64,000 nt of DNA, taken from sequence record NC_048077.1. One strand, 5' to 3'. The position numbers and the translations under genes are program-made. A model generated the notes under the pieces. The model was not told where the DNA came from. It was given only the letters and a program-made list of their open reading frames with translations, and did not search any database. Below, one piece after another: positions 45,640-55,742 of the stretch (its first letter is position 1; each line of letters opens with the position of its first letter).

Positions 45640-46232
45640 ACATCCTCGCTGATTTTCATTCGCAGACGTTCAACTGCGAAATTGATTTTGTAAGTTCCAT
45701 CGCCGTTATTTACCAGCGGCACGCCCATGTTCAGGAAGTCAGTGAAACTTAGTTCAAAGAAATTATAACAAGGCTGCGATGCGTTGACGGTACTGGAAGA
45801 AGTATTCTGCATACATGCAATCAATGTTGTGAAATTACTTGATGCAAGCGGAGTACCTAACGTGAAATCCATCGCCATGTAGCGACCGTCATTCATCAGT
45901 TCAATACGACAACATCCGGCAACGCTCGTATGCAAGACAGTAACGAGATCTGTCCTATTTGCAGTTAACCATGCACGAATTTGCGTTACCGTGGGGGCAT
46001 CACCATAAGTAGCCAGAATATTATGCCAGTCGCTATCGCTAATAGACCCGCCAGTTACCGCGATAAAGTTTGTATCTGAATTTATTGTACTGTCATTATC
46101 CAAACGCTCATCGCGTGCTTCAAAAGCGCCACTACCATAGAACCAAATTCCTACGGCAGTGTTTGAGCTTGTCGCAGCAGTCCAATCAATTTTCTGGCGA
46201 ATGTTTCGAAGTGCTTTAGAAACAATCATCAA
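45636..46232 (-). CDS. virion protein, probable divergent family A member
   Basis: Within the array; ATGA-coupled; GIWFYGSG. Confidence 0.6.
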   Translation of the reverse strand: MMIVSKALRNIRQKIDWTAATSSNTAVGIWFYGSGAFEARDERLDNDSTINSDTNFIAVTGGSISDSDWHNILATYGDAPTVTQIRAWLTANRTDLVTVLHTSVAGCCRIELMNDGRYMAMDFTLGTPLASSNFTTLIACMQNTSSSTVNASQPCYNFFELSFTDFLNMGVPLVNNGDGTYKINFAVERLRMKISEDV

Positions 46233-47152
46233 AGACTCCTGTTATTGAAACGAATCTTCGGACAGTAGAGAATATTCTCGCCGTCGCTTACAAGAGTTCG
46301 AAGCGTGAACGGTTTTGGAGTTCCATCGCCGTGTCCAACTTCTTCCGCGAAATATGGAATCAATGGACTCTTTTGATAGTCTCCGCAAACTCGCGTATTC
46401 GTATGCGCTACAACAACCCAACCGGGAAGCGTTGTTGGCGGCGTTGTGTACGGTTGCGAATCACTGAGAAGAGTAATTGCGCCCATAGTAGTAAACGTGC
46501 CAGTTGCATAAACACGAAAACGTTTTGCAGTTTGCGGATTAGATGCGGCGTACATTGTTGTGTCACCTGTCATCGGCGACCACGTTCCCAAACTCGTTTC
46601 GGTGCCATCATCAGCAACAGCATTCACACTGAAAATAAGTGCTGTTCCTTCTCGCACAAGATGCGTAAGTTTTACAGGAGAATCAAACTCAACAATAAGA
46701 TTTCCATCACCTACAGTTTCCGGACGATAATCAGCACCGACCAAAGGAGAAGCGCCAGCAAACAAATGGGAAATAGTTCTTTTTGATGCGGCTGTTTCCA
46801 AAATGCGATCAGGAATCAGAGCGCGAAAGTTAATGCCCCAAAGGTTTTTGTAGAAGCTAACGCCTTTATAAAAATAACGTGCCTGTGGAATCAAATGCAC
46901 AATGTTTGTTTTACTGATAAAAGAAACTATTCCTTTAGAAACACCTGCGGATTTATTGTAGAGATCTGCAAGTGAATCCTGTTTGAATATTTGTGCAACT
47001 GCGGCTTCATCTGCGGGAAGATTACCGGGCATTAAAAACGCTGTCCATGCAGCGCCAGTGAACATATGGCGCGTGACAGTATTTTCAGCAGTGTTCCCCA
47101 ATCGCGCACCAAACAAACTATGTGCGCGAACATGCGTATCAATTATTTTCAT
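46229..47152 (-). CDS. virion protein, family A, with a discoidin-like insert
   Basis: AFLMPGNLP; VEFDSPVKLTHL...QTAKRFRVY. Confidence 0.7.
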   Translation of the reverse strand: MKIIDTHVRAHSLFGARLGNTAENTVTRHMFTGAAWTAFLMPGNLPADEAAVAQIFKQDSLADLYNKSAGVSKGIVSFISKTNIVHLIPQARYFYKGVSFYKNLWGINFRALIPDRILETAASKRTISHLFAGASPLVGADYRPETVGDGNLIVEFDSPVKLTHLVREGTALIFSVNAVADDGTETSLGTWSPMTGDTTMYAASNPQTAKRFRVYATGTFTTMGAITLLSDSQPYTTPPTTLPGWVVVAHTNTRVCGDYQKSPLIPYFAEEVGHGDGTPKPFTLRTLVSDGENILYCPKIRFNNRSL

Positions 47153-47619
47153 TATCCTACATGGCCTCCGACTGGAATAAATACATAGTCAGGTTCCTTC
47201 ACGCTGATTGTACTTACAAGGAAATCAACAATCGGGTTATCCTGAGCAACGTATTCAATTCCATTTGCTTTGGGAGTAAACGGCGCAGAACTTACATACG
47301 TGTTATCCAGATCTTTTGCTTCTGTATTTTGCGTGTTCATCTGCGGAAACACAAAAGTTTTTTGCCACTGCGTTTTGAAATACTGCGAACTGTCCGGATA
47401 GACGAGCGATCCTCGCATCATCCACGGACGCATAAGGATATAGCCAGAAAATTGTTCGGCAGTAAAAATCAAAGCGTTTTTAGTAATGGCACTGAAACCG
47501 ATAACGTAGCTTGTATCAAATACAGTTTGAACCGATTTCAATTGACCGCGAAACGATCCCCAAACCAAACCGTTCTGAATAAAATAGTTCTTATCATATG
47601 CAGGAACGTTAACAATCAT
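47152..47619 (-). CDS. virion protein (hypothetical)
   Basis: Within the array; TAATG coupling. Confidence 0.65.
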   Translation of the reverse strand: MIVNVPAYDKNYFIQNGLVWGSFRGQLKSVQTVFDTSYVIGFSAITKNALIFTAEQFSGYILMRPWMMRGSLVYPDSSQYFKTQWQKTFVFPQMNTQNTEAKDLDNTYVSSAPFTPKANGIEYVAQDNPIVDFLVSTISVKEPDYVFIPVGGHVG

Positions 47620-47632
47620 TTCTTTCTCCTGC

Positions 47633-48652
47633 TTACAGTTTGTTTATTGTTGATTGAGCCAATCCATAACCTGCGCCATTAGGCGAAGATAAATAAAATT
47701 GACCGATGCGGAAAATACTCAACTTGGACAAATCGAATGCCAAAGAATAATCAACCGGAGTTGAAAAACTTGTGTCGCTTTGTTTGTAGAGTTTCAATTG
47801 CACGCCGTTCACATACAGACGAACTACCCCTCCAACGCGACGCAAAGTTAGAGTAGCACCATACGGAACGTTTTCAGAAACATAAATCTCATCAGATTTG
47901 GTATACGTGCGCGTAAGGATATAGCGAACCAGTTGCGGTGAGTTCGACATGTATTGGAAATACAAAGAAAGACCATCAACCGGATTATTGTTTGAACCTA
48001 TCGCACTTGTAAAAGAGAACATAGGATAAACAGCAAAGCTGCCGTTGAAATAGTTGATCGCTGTCTGAAATTCGAAATCACCTGTTCCAATCTGACGCAT
48101 CAATCCTGTTTGAATATCATCAAATTGGTAGTACGGAGGATCTGCATATCCGGTACGGAACCAAATTGAAGGTATCGTTGCACTTGAGACTGGAATCGTG
48201 TCGATATCATTCAAACGCAATCCGAAAGCATTGACAGTAACTACACTACCTTCGCCCGTTGAGTCTACAGAAGATCCCGAATCGACGTGGAGCAATTTAA
48301 CATCTTTTCCAATCTCAAAAGAGAATGGAATGATACCGCCTAAAATAAGATGCGTAGGTTTTCCGACTGCGCTGCATGTGATATTGCATTTCGAAAAGTT
48401 AAGCTGATTTCCTACCAGCGTGCGCGTACAGTCATTTCCTGTTCCGAGCAGTACGCCTATATCACTTGTCAGTTTTGTAACGTCAAAATAATAGCCTGCG
48501 CCATTTGGCCTGAAATTCAAGCAAGTCAAAAGATCCTTTTCTGTCTTGCCTGTATTCAGTGAAATAACGTAAGCGGCTTTATCGTCTGAGGCAGACGCAA
48601 ATAAACGCGTTAGCTGCGGAATCAGACTCAAATCAAACACTTTGTATTCCAC
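47633..48652 (-). CDS. virion protein with a ConA/LamG-like C-terminal beta-sandwich
   Basis: GTG with AAGGTG RBS; AVGKPTHLIL; LTLRRVGGVVRLYVNGV. Confidence 0.65.
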   Translation of the reverse strand: MEYKVFDLSLIPQLTRLFASASDDKAAYVISLNTGKTEKDLLTCLNFRPNGAGYYFDVTKLTSDIGVLLGTGNDCTRTLVGNQLNFSKCNITCSAVGKPTHLILGGIIPFSFEIGKDVKLLHVDSGSSVDSTGEGSVVTVNAFGLRLNDIDTIPVSSATIPSIWFRTGYADPPYYQFDDIQTGLMRQIGTGDFEFQTAINYFNGSFAVYPMFSFTSAIGSNNNPVDGLSLYFQYMSNSPQLVRYILTRTYTKSDEIYVSENVPYGATLTLRRVGGVVRLYVNGVQLKLYKQSDTSFSTPVDYSLAFDLSKLSIFRIGQFYLSSPNGAGYGLAQSTINKL

Positions 48653-48678
48653 GATTTCACCTTATAAATTCAATCAAG

Positions 48679-50253
48679 TTAAATTTTCTTTCCCTGAACT
48701 ATTTGGAAGTTCTTAATGTAGGCCGTCGGCAAACTCGCCGCACCGTAGACACCCAACATTTGAATAGGTTGCAGTGTGTACGGAAGGATTGTGTATTGGA
48801 ACGAATCAACTACGGTGCCATCCACGCTGAATTTATGTGTTCCTGTGTCTGAATCGTACTGATACACAACACGAACAAAATCAGTTGTAAGCAATGCTTT
48901 ATAGTTAGCAAATGAACGAGCAACTTTAGTTCCTTGTTGGTTGTTCCAGATACAGAATCCAGTTTCGTTGCTTCTATCCAAAGATAAAATAAAACGATCT
49001 GTGTACGAAGTTTGTACCACAATTAAATCCATCTCCGCATTCGAGGCAGTTGTATCTTGCCGATAATCAAACGAGAGATAGAAAGATTTAGTAAAATCAA
49101 TATCAACGGTGGCGGGAAACGACAATCGCGATCCAGATGTGCCTCTAATGCTACCGTCGCTTTGTTTAGGCCATCCGGTAAACGTCAAATCGTTTCCTAG
49201 ATAGTCTTTTGACGGACTGCTATTAAAATTCTCTGCCGAGATTGCGATACGTGCATTAGGTTCAATCCACGAAGGCAAAGTATTTGCAGCGCTTAAAGTT
49301 TTCGCCGTGCGTACTTGCAACACTTCCGGGAATTCACCTGTAGAAATTGCGAGTGATTCGAGTTCGATGAGTTCACCACTTCCTTTTGCGCCAACCTTAA
49401 CAGCAATCATGCGAATGTCTGCGGTTCCTGCGGCAAGCGCACCGTTATTGCTATCAGCGATCAACAGAATTGCGTAACCGATATTTTTTGTTACTTTCGT
49501 AGTTGATTTGTCGCCAATGCTAACAGGAAGACAACGACGCACCGAAGAGTTTCCTACAGCGCGTAAAATATCAGTTGTTATTGCGCTAGGTGCAGCGTTG
49601 GTTGCTACGTTTACAGGAACAGATAAGTTAACCGATGTTCCGGAAGCAGTAGCGCCAGCAGTTGTTGATGCCGCGATGATCTGCAAACTAGCCGCCGCGT
49701 TTTTGTTTGGCGAATCAGACAGAGCAGCGTCAAAAGTTATCAAACTATCAAACACAAGATCCGCAACGGTTGCTGTTTGCGCTGTCATATTTCCAACGTA
49801 ATCTGTAAGCTGCATCGGAGCAGAAACAGGGAAGCCGGGAAACAGCCCAATGGACGGATGCAATTTCATTTTCTTATTGCCTGTCAGCAAATCAGTTGCA
49901 TACGCCGTGTCAATATCAAACGTGGATGCGCTCGCTGTGGTGCGACGAGGAATAATATTTTTCGGATAGTGAATAGTTACGCCGAGTTTTGGATCGTACA
50001 CACTGCCGGGAACTGCTTTAATTCCGTGTGAGTACGGCTGCATCATTAACAACCCTTCCGATGTAGGTTGCAAAACGATGCGGCTTGCGCCAATACAGTC
50101 AGCAATAAGTTTACGATGATCTAAAAAGTATTGCGAAAGATCCGAAGGAATTGATCCTTCGAAAAAATACGCTTCCACTTCAATTCCGGTACTCCACGTT
50201 CCGGGAAGTTGCGCCACGGAAAACGGAAGTAAGTTAGAACCTAAAAGCCTCAT
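48679..50253 (-). CDS. virion protein, family A, with a C-terminal LamG-like domain
   Basis: AYFFEGSIP...VKVGAKGSGELI; FYLSFDY...F.SVDGTVVDS. Confidence 0.7.
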   Translation of the reverse strand: MRLLGSNLLPFSVAQLPGTWSTGIEVEAYFFEGSIPSDLSQYFLDHRKLIADCIGASRIVLQPTSEGLLMMQPYSHGIKAVPGSVYDPKLGVTIHYPKNIIPRRTTASASTFDIDTAYATDLLTGNKKMKLHPSIGLFPGFPVSAPMQLTDYVGNMTAQTATVADLVFDSLITFDAALSDSPNKNAAASLQIIAASTTAGATASGTSVNLSVPVNVATNAAPSAITTDILRAVGNSSVRRCLPVSIGDKSTTKVTKNIGYAILLIADSNNGALAAGTADIRMIAVKVGAKGSGELIELESLAISTGEFPEVLQVRTAKTLSAANTLPSWIEPNARIAISAENFNSSPSKDYLGNDLTFTGWPKQSDGSIRGTSGSRLSFPATVDIDFTKSFYLSFDYRQDTTASNAEMDLIVVQTSYTDRFILSLDRSNETGFCIWNNQQGTKVARSFANYKALLTTDFVRVVYQYDSDTGTHKFSVDGTVVDSFQYTILPYTLQPIQMLGVYGAASLPTAYIKNFQIVQGKKI

Positions 50254-50751
50254 TTAGAATTCCCCTGATACGCGATTGGCACTCGCATAGAATTTCCCGT
50301 TAAGAAAATTCGCGTCCGACAAAATTAAATCCGCACCGCTTCCTTCTTTGCCAATCGTGAGCACTAAGAAACCACCGTAAGGAGTTGATCCGATGTTAGT
50401 GTTAATCACGATGCAGTTATACAGACTGAGAAACGAATCAACGGTTCCAATAAAACTCGCAGTTAAAAGAGCCTTCACGCGAAACTTTAATTTGTTCGTT
50501 CCCGTATTCAACCACGAAATAGGATAGCAGTTGTTGAAAGTTGTCAGATTGAATTGCGCAGTAGCCCCGATTGCAGTAAGCGTTGTTCCTTCACTTACAA
50601 CGATGTTTTGAGGATCGGGAATATTCGCAGCGGCAACCGTGTGAACGATGTTTTCAAGACCGTACTTAACAGGCGGTTCGTCAGACGGACGCTTACCTTC
50701 TGCCGGAATAGGCACGTTAGACGTGTAAATGGGAAGACGAATTATTTCCAC
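50254..50751 (-). CDS. virion protein, family A
   Basis: GTG with GGAG RBS; LTIGKEGSGADLILSD. Confidence 0.65.
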   Translation of the reverse strand: MEIIRLPIYTSNVPIPAEGKRPSDEPPVKYGLENIVHTVAAANIPDPQNIVVSEGTTLTAIGATAQFNLTTFNNCYPISWLNTGTNKLKFRVKALLTASFIGTVDSFLSLYNCIVINTNIGSTPYGGFLVLTIGKEGSGADLILSDANFLNGKFYASANRVSGEF

Positions 50752-50833
50752 GATTTTCTCCTTTGTTTAATTCAAATTAGATGAATCGGATACTTACAGA
50801 TTAATAATAGGAGAGTAATCAGTAAGAATGAAT

Positions 50834-51886
50834 TTAAAGATCAAGAACCGCCTCGAATTCAAAATTTTCAACTTCTTTGACGGTAACAGTTGGCACTGTA
50901 TTTGGAAGATCCGAACCAGATTGCAGTAAGTCTGAAATGAAATCTCTCACAACTAAACGTATTTCATCTTTCCTGCGCGTCGCACTTATGCCAAAACCTA
51001 ACGAGACATTCTCATCAGGTTCACTCGATGCCACGAATGGAAGTGCAGTCAGATTCTTAGCGACGGCGTTTGCCGAAGTATATTCAGGCAAGCGATACGA
51101 ATATGAGGAACTATACGGCGTGTAATAGTATTCCTGATAGCTGGAGCGTACCAAATAAATACCGGGCGAGGATTCTGTAGTGCGACTAAAATTTGTTGTC
51201 CCTACAACGCTAGGAGAAATAGCTGTGGCTGTAGCTTTGCAGTTTCCATCCATTGAAACTTTCAATTGATTCAAATATGAAGTGTATACTCGCGTATATT
51301 CCCATCGTCCAAAACTGTTATAGGATGAATAGGAGTACGTGTAGTTTTGAGCAACACTTAAATCTACAGGCTGAGTCGCTTTCAAATTGTTTTGAGTTAA
51401 ACGTGTTGGCATTAAAACCATTTGAGTTGCCAACACACTGCCATCGCCCACATAATAACGATATGGAGTGTTTTTAATTCCTCCGTATCCAATATCTCCT
51501 TTCTTCAAAATACCTTGAGTGCTTGTGGAAAAATTGCTTCCGGATTCCCACAAACTAGGTGCGAGACAAAACAACTTAAACAGATCAAGAGTTGTTCGAG
51601 AAAAAGTTGTTGGGAATGTTAAAGTTGATTGTGTCTCAAGAGGCAAATCTTTTATGTTCATGTATGTGAGATAAAGCCGCGCACCATACACGCCAGCAAG
51701 AGGTGAACAATTGAGATTTTTATCGGGATCAATATCGAAAGAAATCGATCTGGCATTTGGAAGTATGTTTATAACACTGGCAATGTCAGAAGGTTTCGGC
51801 GTGTTTGCATCGAAAAGATATTGTATAGACTCCGATTCTTTTAGTTCTCTTTGGGTGATAACTGTTCCTACACTGCAAAATTTCAT
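50834..51886 (-). CDS. virion / receptor-binding candidate, AT-richer than neighbours
   Basis: 350 aa, Tyr/Ser/Thr-rich; YLFDANTP resembles the family A N-terminal motif. Confidence 0.6.
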   Translation of the reverse strand: MKFCSVGTVITQRELKESESIQYLFDANTPKPSDIASVINILPNARSISFDIDPDKNLNCSPLAGVYGARLYLTYMNIKDLPLETQSTLTFPTTFSRTTLDLFKLFCLAPSLWESGSNFSTSTQGILKKGDIGYGGIKNTPYRYYVGDGSVLATQMVLMPTRLTQNNLKATQPVDLSVAQNYTYSYSSYNSFGRWEYTRVYTSYLNQLKVSMDGNCKATATAISPSVVGTTNFSRTTESSPGIYLVRSSYQEYYYTPYSSSYSYRLPEYTSANAVAKNLTALPFVASSEPDENVSLGFGISATRRKDEIRLVVRDFISDLLQSGSDLPNTVPTVTVKEVENFEFEAVLDL

Positions 51887-52005
51887 CTGATACTTTCCTA
51901 TAGATCAAGAATCAATTTTAGAAAAAGGCCGCACTGTGAAAGCTGAATACCATTCGCGAGGGATACAGGGCGCAAACCTGATCCGAGAGAATTTTTCACC
52001 AGAAA

Positions 52006-52033
52006 ATAAAAAAGGGAAGGCCGAAGCCCTCCC
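52006..52033 (-). terminator. rho-independent terminator with a C(UUCG)G loop
   Basis: Minus strand GGGAGGGC-TTCG-GCCTTCCC followed by TTTTTT. Confidence 0.9.
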
Positions 52034-52048
52034 CATCAAATTACTGAA

Positions 52049-53425
52049 TTACGGAGTAACAACAAACTGGTTAGCGCCTGCAACAAACACGATGTAAACT
52101 TTCATCGCTTGTGCAAGAGTTACAGTCAGGCTGTTAGCATCAACCAGAGTGATCTCATCCGGAATGATTTGTTTGCCCGTTGAATCCAGAACAACAACAG
52201 TACCGAAACGTTGACCAGCATTGTGCGTGAAGGTGTAGGAAGTTGAACCTTCACCAGTGCCGCCTGTGTTATCCTGAACGTAAGTTTTTGCGCTAGTTGC
52301 AACGCTATCAACAACAAACTTACGAGTTGCAGCAGCGCCGTCAACTTCTTGCATTTCGCCGGAGAAGATCAGATGATCAATTGTACCGCCGTCTGCATCA
52401 ATGAAGCCAGCAGATTTAACAGCGGTAATATCCAGATCGATAGTTGACGTTTCAGTATTGCGCGTTAAACCGGAACCAACAATGTTGTTTGCCAGTTGCG
52501 CAAAACCTACGCCGCCGTTTGCAACACGAACGCCGTTTGCACCTTTGGAAAGGCTTGCGCCATCCAGCTTAACGTTCAGGCCGTCACTATCAACAGCAAC
52601 GCCGCCAGCAGCATTAACTTTTACCGACAGTTCGTTGCCATTAAGATTTAAACCGAGGCCAGCAGTTACGCTTGCCATACCGCCGAAGTTCGCCCACGCA
52701 TTACCATCAAAACGAACGTATTGATTGGTATCGGAGTTCCACGCGATAGCGCCTTCCGCGCGATCCTGAGTAGGAGTGAAAACAATTTCAAAAGCATTGT
52801 CGCGATATTCAACAATCACGTCATCAACAACGCCGTCGATAGTTCCGAAATCTGCGTGCAGATTCGCAACCGCAGTCAGAACATAACGTTTGCCTTCAAC
52901 TTTTTGCGGTTGAAGAACAGCATCAACTTGCATACCGTCAACGTCTTGCTGCCAGTTCAAACCAGCGAGAGCATTTTCGATATCAATTTTACGAGCAGCG
53001 TCGGTGCCATTAACAGGCGCAGCAAGATCGCTGATACCGAAACCGCCAGCAGAAAGATTTGCCGCAAGAGTACCTTCTGCGCTAACAGAAAGTTTTCGAG
53101 CGAGTAAACCGCTAACGTAACCTTTACTTACAGCCGCAACATCATTCGCAGCGGATTGATCGGCAGAACTTAATTCAAGTACGCCTGTCATCGCCGTGGT
53201 GCCGTCTGCTTTCACGTAGCCAGACAGATCCGGAGAACTACCTTCGCCAAACGTTTTGATCGCAGTGCCATCAAAATATTTGTATACCTTATCGGTAGTG
53301 TTGTACCAGATCCATGCTTCCTGATTTGCAACCAGCGAACCGAGCGTTGGGTCGGATGCACGTTTTTCACCACGAAGGTTTAAAATCTGCGCACCAGTCA
53401 TCAACGTCATATTGCCTAGTTTCAT
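52049..53425 (-). CDS. fibre-like virion structural protein (head/tail fibre or hair candidate)
   Basis: DLAAPVNGTDAARK.D motif, G/N/V-rich beta repeats, C-terminal FTHNAG...VVVLDSTG..I.PDEI...ANSLTVT; strong codon bias; own terminator. Confidence 0.7.
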   Translation of the reverse strand: MKLGNMTLMTGAQILNLRGEKRASDPTLGSLVANQEAWIWYNTTDKVYKYFDGTAIKTFGEGSSPDLSGYVKADGTTAMTGVLELSSADQSAANDVAAVSKGYVSGLLARKLSVSAEGTLAANLSAGGFGISDLAAPVNGTDAARKIDIENALAGLNWQQDVDGMQVDAVLQPQKVEGKRYVLTAVANLHADFGTIDGVVDDVIVEYRDNAFEIVFTPTQDRAEGAIAWNSDTNQYVRFDGNAWANFGGMASVTAGLGLNLNGNELSVKVNAAGGVAVDSDGLNVKLDGASLSKGANGVRVANGGVGFAQLANNIVGSGLTRNTETSTIDLDITAVKSAGFIDADGGTIDHLIFSGEMQEVDGAAATRKFVVDSVATSAKTYVQDNTGGTGEGSTSYTFTHNAGQRFGTVVVLDSTGKQIIPDEITLVDANSLTVTLAQAMKVYIVFVAGANQFVVTP

Positions 53426-53443
53426 GGATAATCTCCAGTTGCC

Positions 53444-54193
53444 TTAGTAAAAATTCTCATCACATTGATCTAATGAACAACGTAACTTTTCATACGCGTT
53501 TTTTCTCATGTCGTATGAGGACACGTATTTGTCGTCGAGCATATATTTAGCTCGCAGAGTTACCGCTGGAATATACGAAAGCAAACCGTGACCGCGATAA
53601 GTTTCCCAACGTGTAACCGGATAAGAGACTTGATCAATCTCCATTGCTGTAAGATCAATCTTATCAACATATACGAACGGACGCTCACGCTCCACAATGA
53701 GATAATCTATTTCATGCAGATTAAACATTGTGTGCTGCATGTATCCAATAACGTAATCGGTGATTAAACGGAAAGTTTCTTCTTTATCGAGACTGAGACG
53801 AAGTGAGAACGCATTCACTACTCCCGGCAAACACTTCTGCCGCATTTCAATCCACGCATTGCTGAATCTAGCATCGAAATCATCAGGATTATCGCGCATT
53901 AATTCATGCACGTAAGTTTCCATTCCGATAAAAGATTCGATGATCTGCTTTCCATTTTCATCAGTAGGAATAGCGCCTACTCCAGAGCGAATAAAGCGCT
54001 TTTCCACTTCTTGTAACCAATCAGTTGCTGACGCGAAATACTGCAAAAGAGTTTCACGCGCTTGAGCAGTAAATTGGTGACGATTGGTTTCAAGAATTTC
54101 CGAAAGCATGAACGCCTTAGCTTTATAAAAATCTGCATATCGTTCCGCAGTATATCTCCGAAACTCAATGTTGTTTTTCAAAAAGCCTTTCAT
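53444..54193 (-). CDS. hypothetical protein
   Basis: ATGA overlap; 249 aa. Confidence 0.7.
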   Translation of the reverse strand: MKGFLKNNIEFRRYTAERYADFYKAKAFMLSEILETNRHQFTAQARETLLQYFASATDWLQEVEKRFIRSGVGAIPTDENGKQIIESFIGMETYVHELMRDNPDDFDARFSNAWIEMRQKCLPGVVNAFSLRLSLDKEETFRLITDYVIGYMQHTMFNLHEIDYLIVERERPFVYVDKIDLTAMEIDQVSYPVTRWETYRGHGLLSYIPAVTLRAKYMLDDKYVSSYDMRKNAYEKLRCSLDQCDENFY

Positions 54194-54681
54194 CGCAAAC
54201 TCCTGAGATCGCCTAGACGGTCATCGTCGTGCGCTCCTGTGGTTGTTGAGTAAATAGCGCCTGAGATACTATGCAGTTTCTGCCGTACCAAAGACACTTC
54301 CGTATGCAGGTCATTCATTGATTGCATCAAATCACGAACGACACCATTAGTAAACTGAGTATCGCGACCGAGAGCATTTAAAGAGCGCTCCAATTCATGC
54401 GTTGCACGCAGAACATCGGATAGCATCTTTACTGAACCTGCATCTTGATTCTCTTCTTTCAGTTTAGAAATTAATGTTTTGATTGCTTCCAAACCTTCGG
54501 AAACTTCCGAAGTGTCAAGACTTCCTTCGGCCTCTTTCCTTTTATATTCTTTCAGTTCTTCCAATGAAGGAATCACCTTAAAATAATAAAATGCGCCAGC
54601 CACAATCAAGCCAGCGCACGCAAGGATAGTAGGCGTATTAGATCCCAGAAGCTGACCAATTAAGTCTAACAATGCGCCCAT
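54190..54681 (-). CDS. membrane-anchored coiled-coil protein
   Basis: N-terminal TM followed by a heptad-like helix. Confidence 0.65.
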   Translation of the reverse strand: MGALLDLIGQLLGSNTPTILACAGLIVAGAFYYFKVIPSLEELKEYKRKEAEGSLDTSEVSEGLEAIKTLISKLKEENQDAGSVKMLSDVLRATHELERSLNALGRDTQFTNGVVRDLMQSMNDLHTEVSLVRQKLHSISGAIYSTTTGAHDDDRLGDLRSLR

Positions 54682-54682
54682 T

Positions 54683-54958
54683 TTATTTTCCTTTGCAAGT
54701 ATTATTCAGACTCACAATCAATCGAACCGCCCCGGAATTCACATCAGTTGTCTGAACAACCCGCGCCACTCTAGGAGGAAACTCGATGCAGTTTCCCAAA
54801 GTGCTATCCGAAACACATACAGCAGTAACGCAACTCACAATTTCGTCGCCAATAACATTGGAAGGCGTATAAGATGTTCTGCTAGATGCAAAAGCAAGAA
54901 CCAGAACGAGTCCTACAAACAAAACAATGAGTAGCTTTGCCTTTTTTGCACCAGTCAT
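54683..54958 (-). CDS. small exported or membrane-anchored Cys-containing protein
   Basis: AAGGAG RBS before ATG 54958; basic N-terminus plus hydrophobic segment; 4 Cys. Confidence 0.6.
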   Translation of the reverse strand: MTGAKKAKLLIVLFVGLVLVLAFASSRTSYTPSNVIGDEIVSCVTAVCVSDSTLGNCIEFPPRVARVVQTTDVNSGAVRLIVSLNNTCKGK

Positions 54959-54993
54959 TAAAGCCACTCCTTCCGAAACTTTCTGGAAATAAA

Positions 54994-55740
54994 TTATCGA
55001 GAAAGTGTTCCGTCAAGGGTCGGTAAAATGTTTTTCATCAAGATTTGTTCGTCTTCTGATTTGAGATTTTCGGGACGCACGAATAGCTCAACATAGAGTT
55101 TCGAATCTTGATAGACCGGACGCAAAGCGATATCGAGATTGATGTAAGAAAATTTCCCAATCGTGGTATGTTCACGATTGATCATGTTGATGTAATGGTT
55201 GACTTGACCGCGATCTATTACGGTATTGAATTCTTCATCCACCACATAGTTGAGGCCGCTGATAATGAAGCCTTTACCCTTCGCCTGCAATTCAACCAAA
55301 GTCTTTTTCAATTGCTGCAAAGTTTGGATATAGAAAACTTCATGATCAGATTTTATGCAAGACGAAACAACATCATCGCTGTCTCGCGAAATTGATTGTG
55401 TTCCAAGAAGAATATATAAAGGAACATTTTTTCTATCAGCAGAATCAACGAGGAAATTTATTTTCTCACACATCGGTTGAAACGTCTGAATGAAAAGATA
55501 CGCGTTTTTATACTTCTCTTGAATATCAACAGGAAGGTAACTTAGAAAGTCTTTGTCTATGCTGACTAATCGCTTCGGATGATAAAATTCAATTTTTTGC
55601 GATACTGCATCCATGTACTCATCGAATTCAGGACGAGACAAATTTTTAACGATGGGAATATAAAGCACAACGGTAGGTTGTTGCAGCATCCTTGCCGCAA
55701 CGGTTGTACCGTAGAAAGATCCTGCATAGCTTTGAATCAT
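54994..55740 (-). CDS. hypothetical alpha/beta protein
   Basis: ATG 55740 follows the upstream stop; the longer track start overlaps the neighbouring gene. Confidence 0.65.
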   Translation of the reverse strand: MIQSYAGSFYGTTVAARMLQQPTVVLYIPIVKNLSRPEFDEYMDAVSQKIEFYHPKRLVSIDKDFLSYLPVDIQEKYKNAYLFIQTFQPMCEKINFLVDSADRKNVPLYILLGTQSISRDSDDVVSSCIKSDHEVFYIQTLQQLKKTLVELQAKGKGFIISGLNYVVDEEFNTVIDRGQVNHYINMINREHTTIGKFSYINLDIALRPVYQDSKLYVELFVRPENLKSEDEQILMKNILPTLDGTLSR

Positions 55741-55742
55741 TA

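Noticed and set aside
50791-50799. Minus-strand CTGTAAGTA upstream of 50751 as a sixth cassette
   Set aside because: One mismatch and no hairpin; plausible but unsupported without 5'-end data.
54994-55740. Periplasmic-binding-protein-like fold
   Set aside because: Only a vague alpha/beta alternation; no signal peptide or diagnostic motif.
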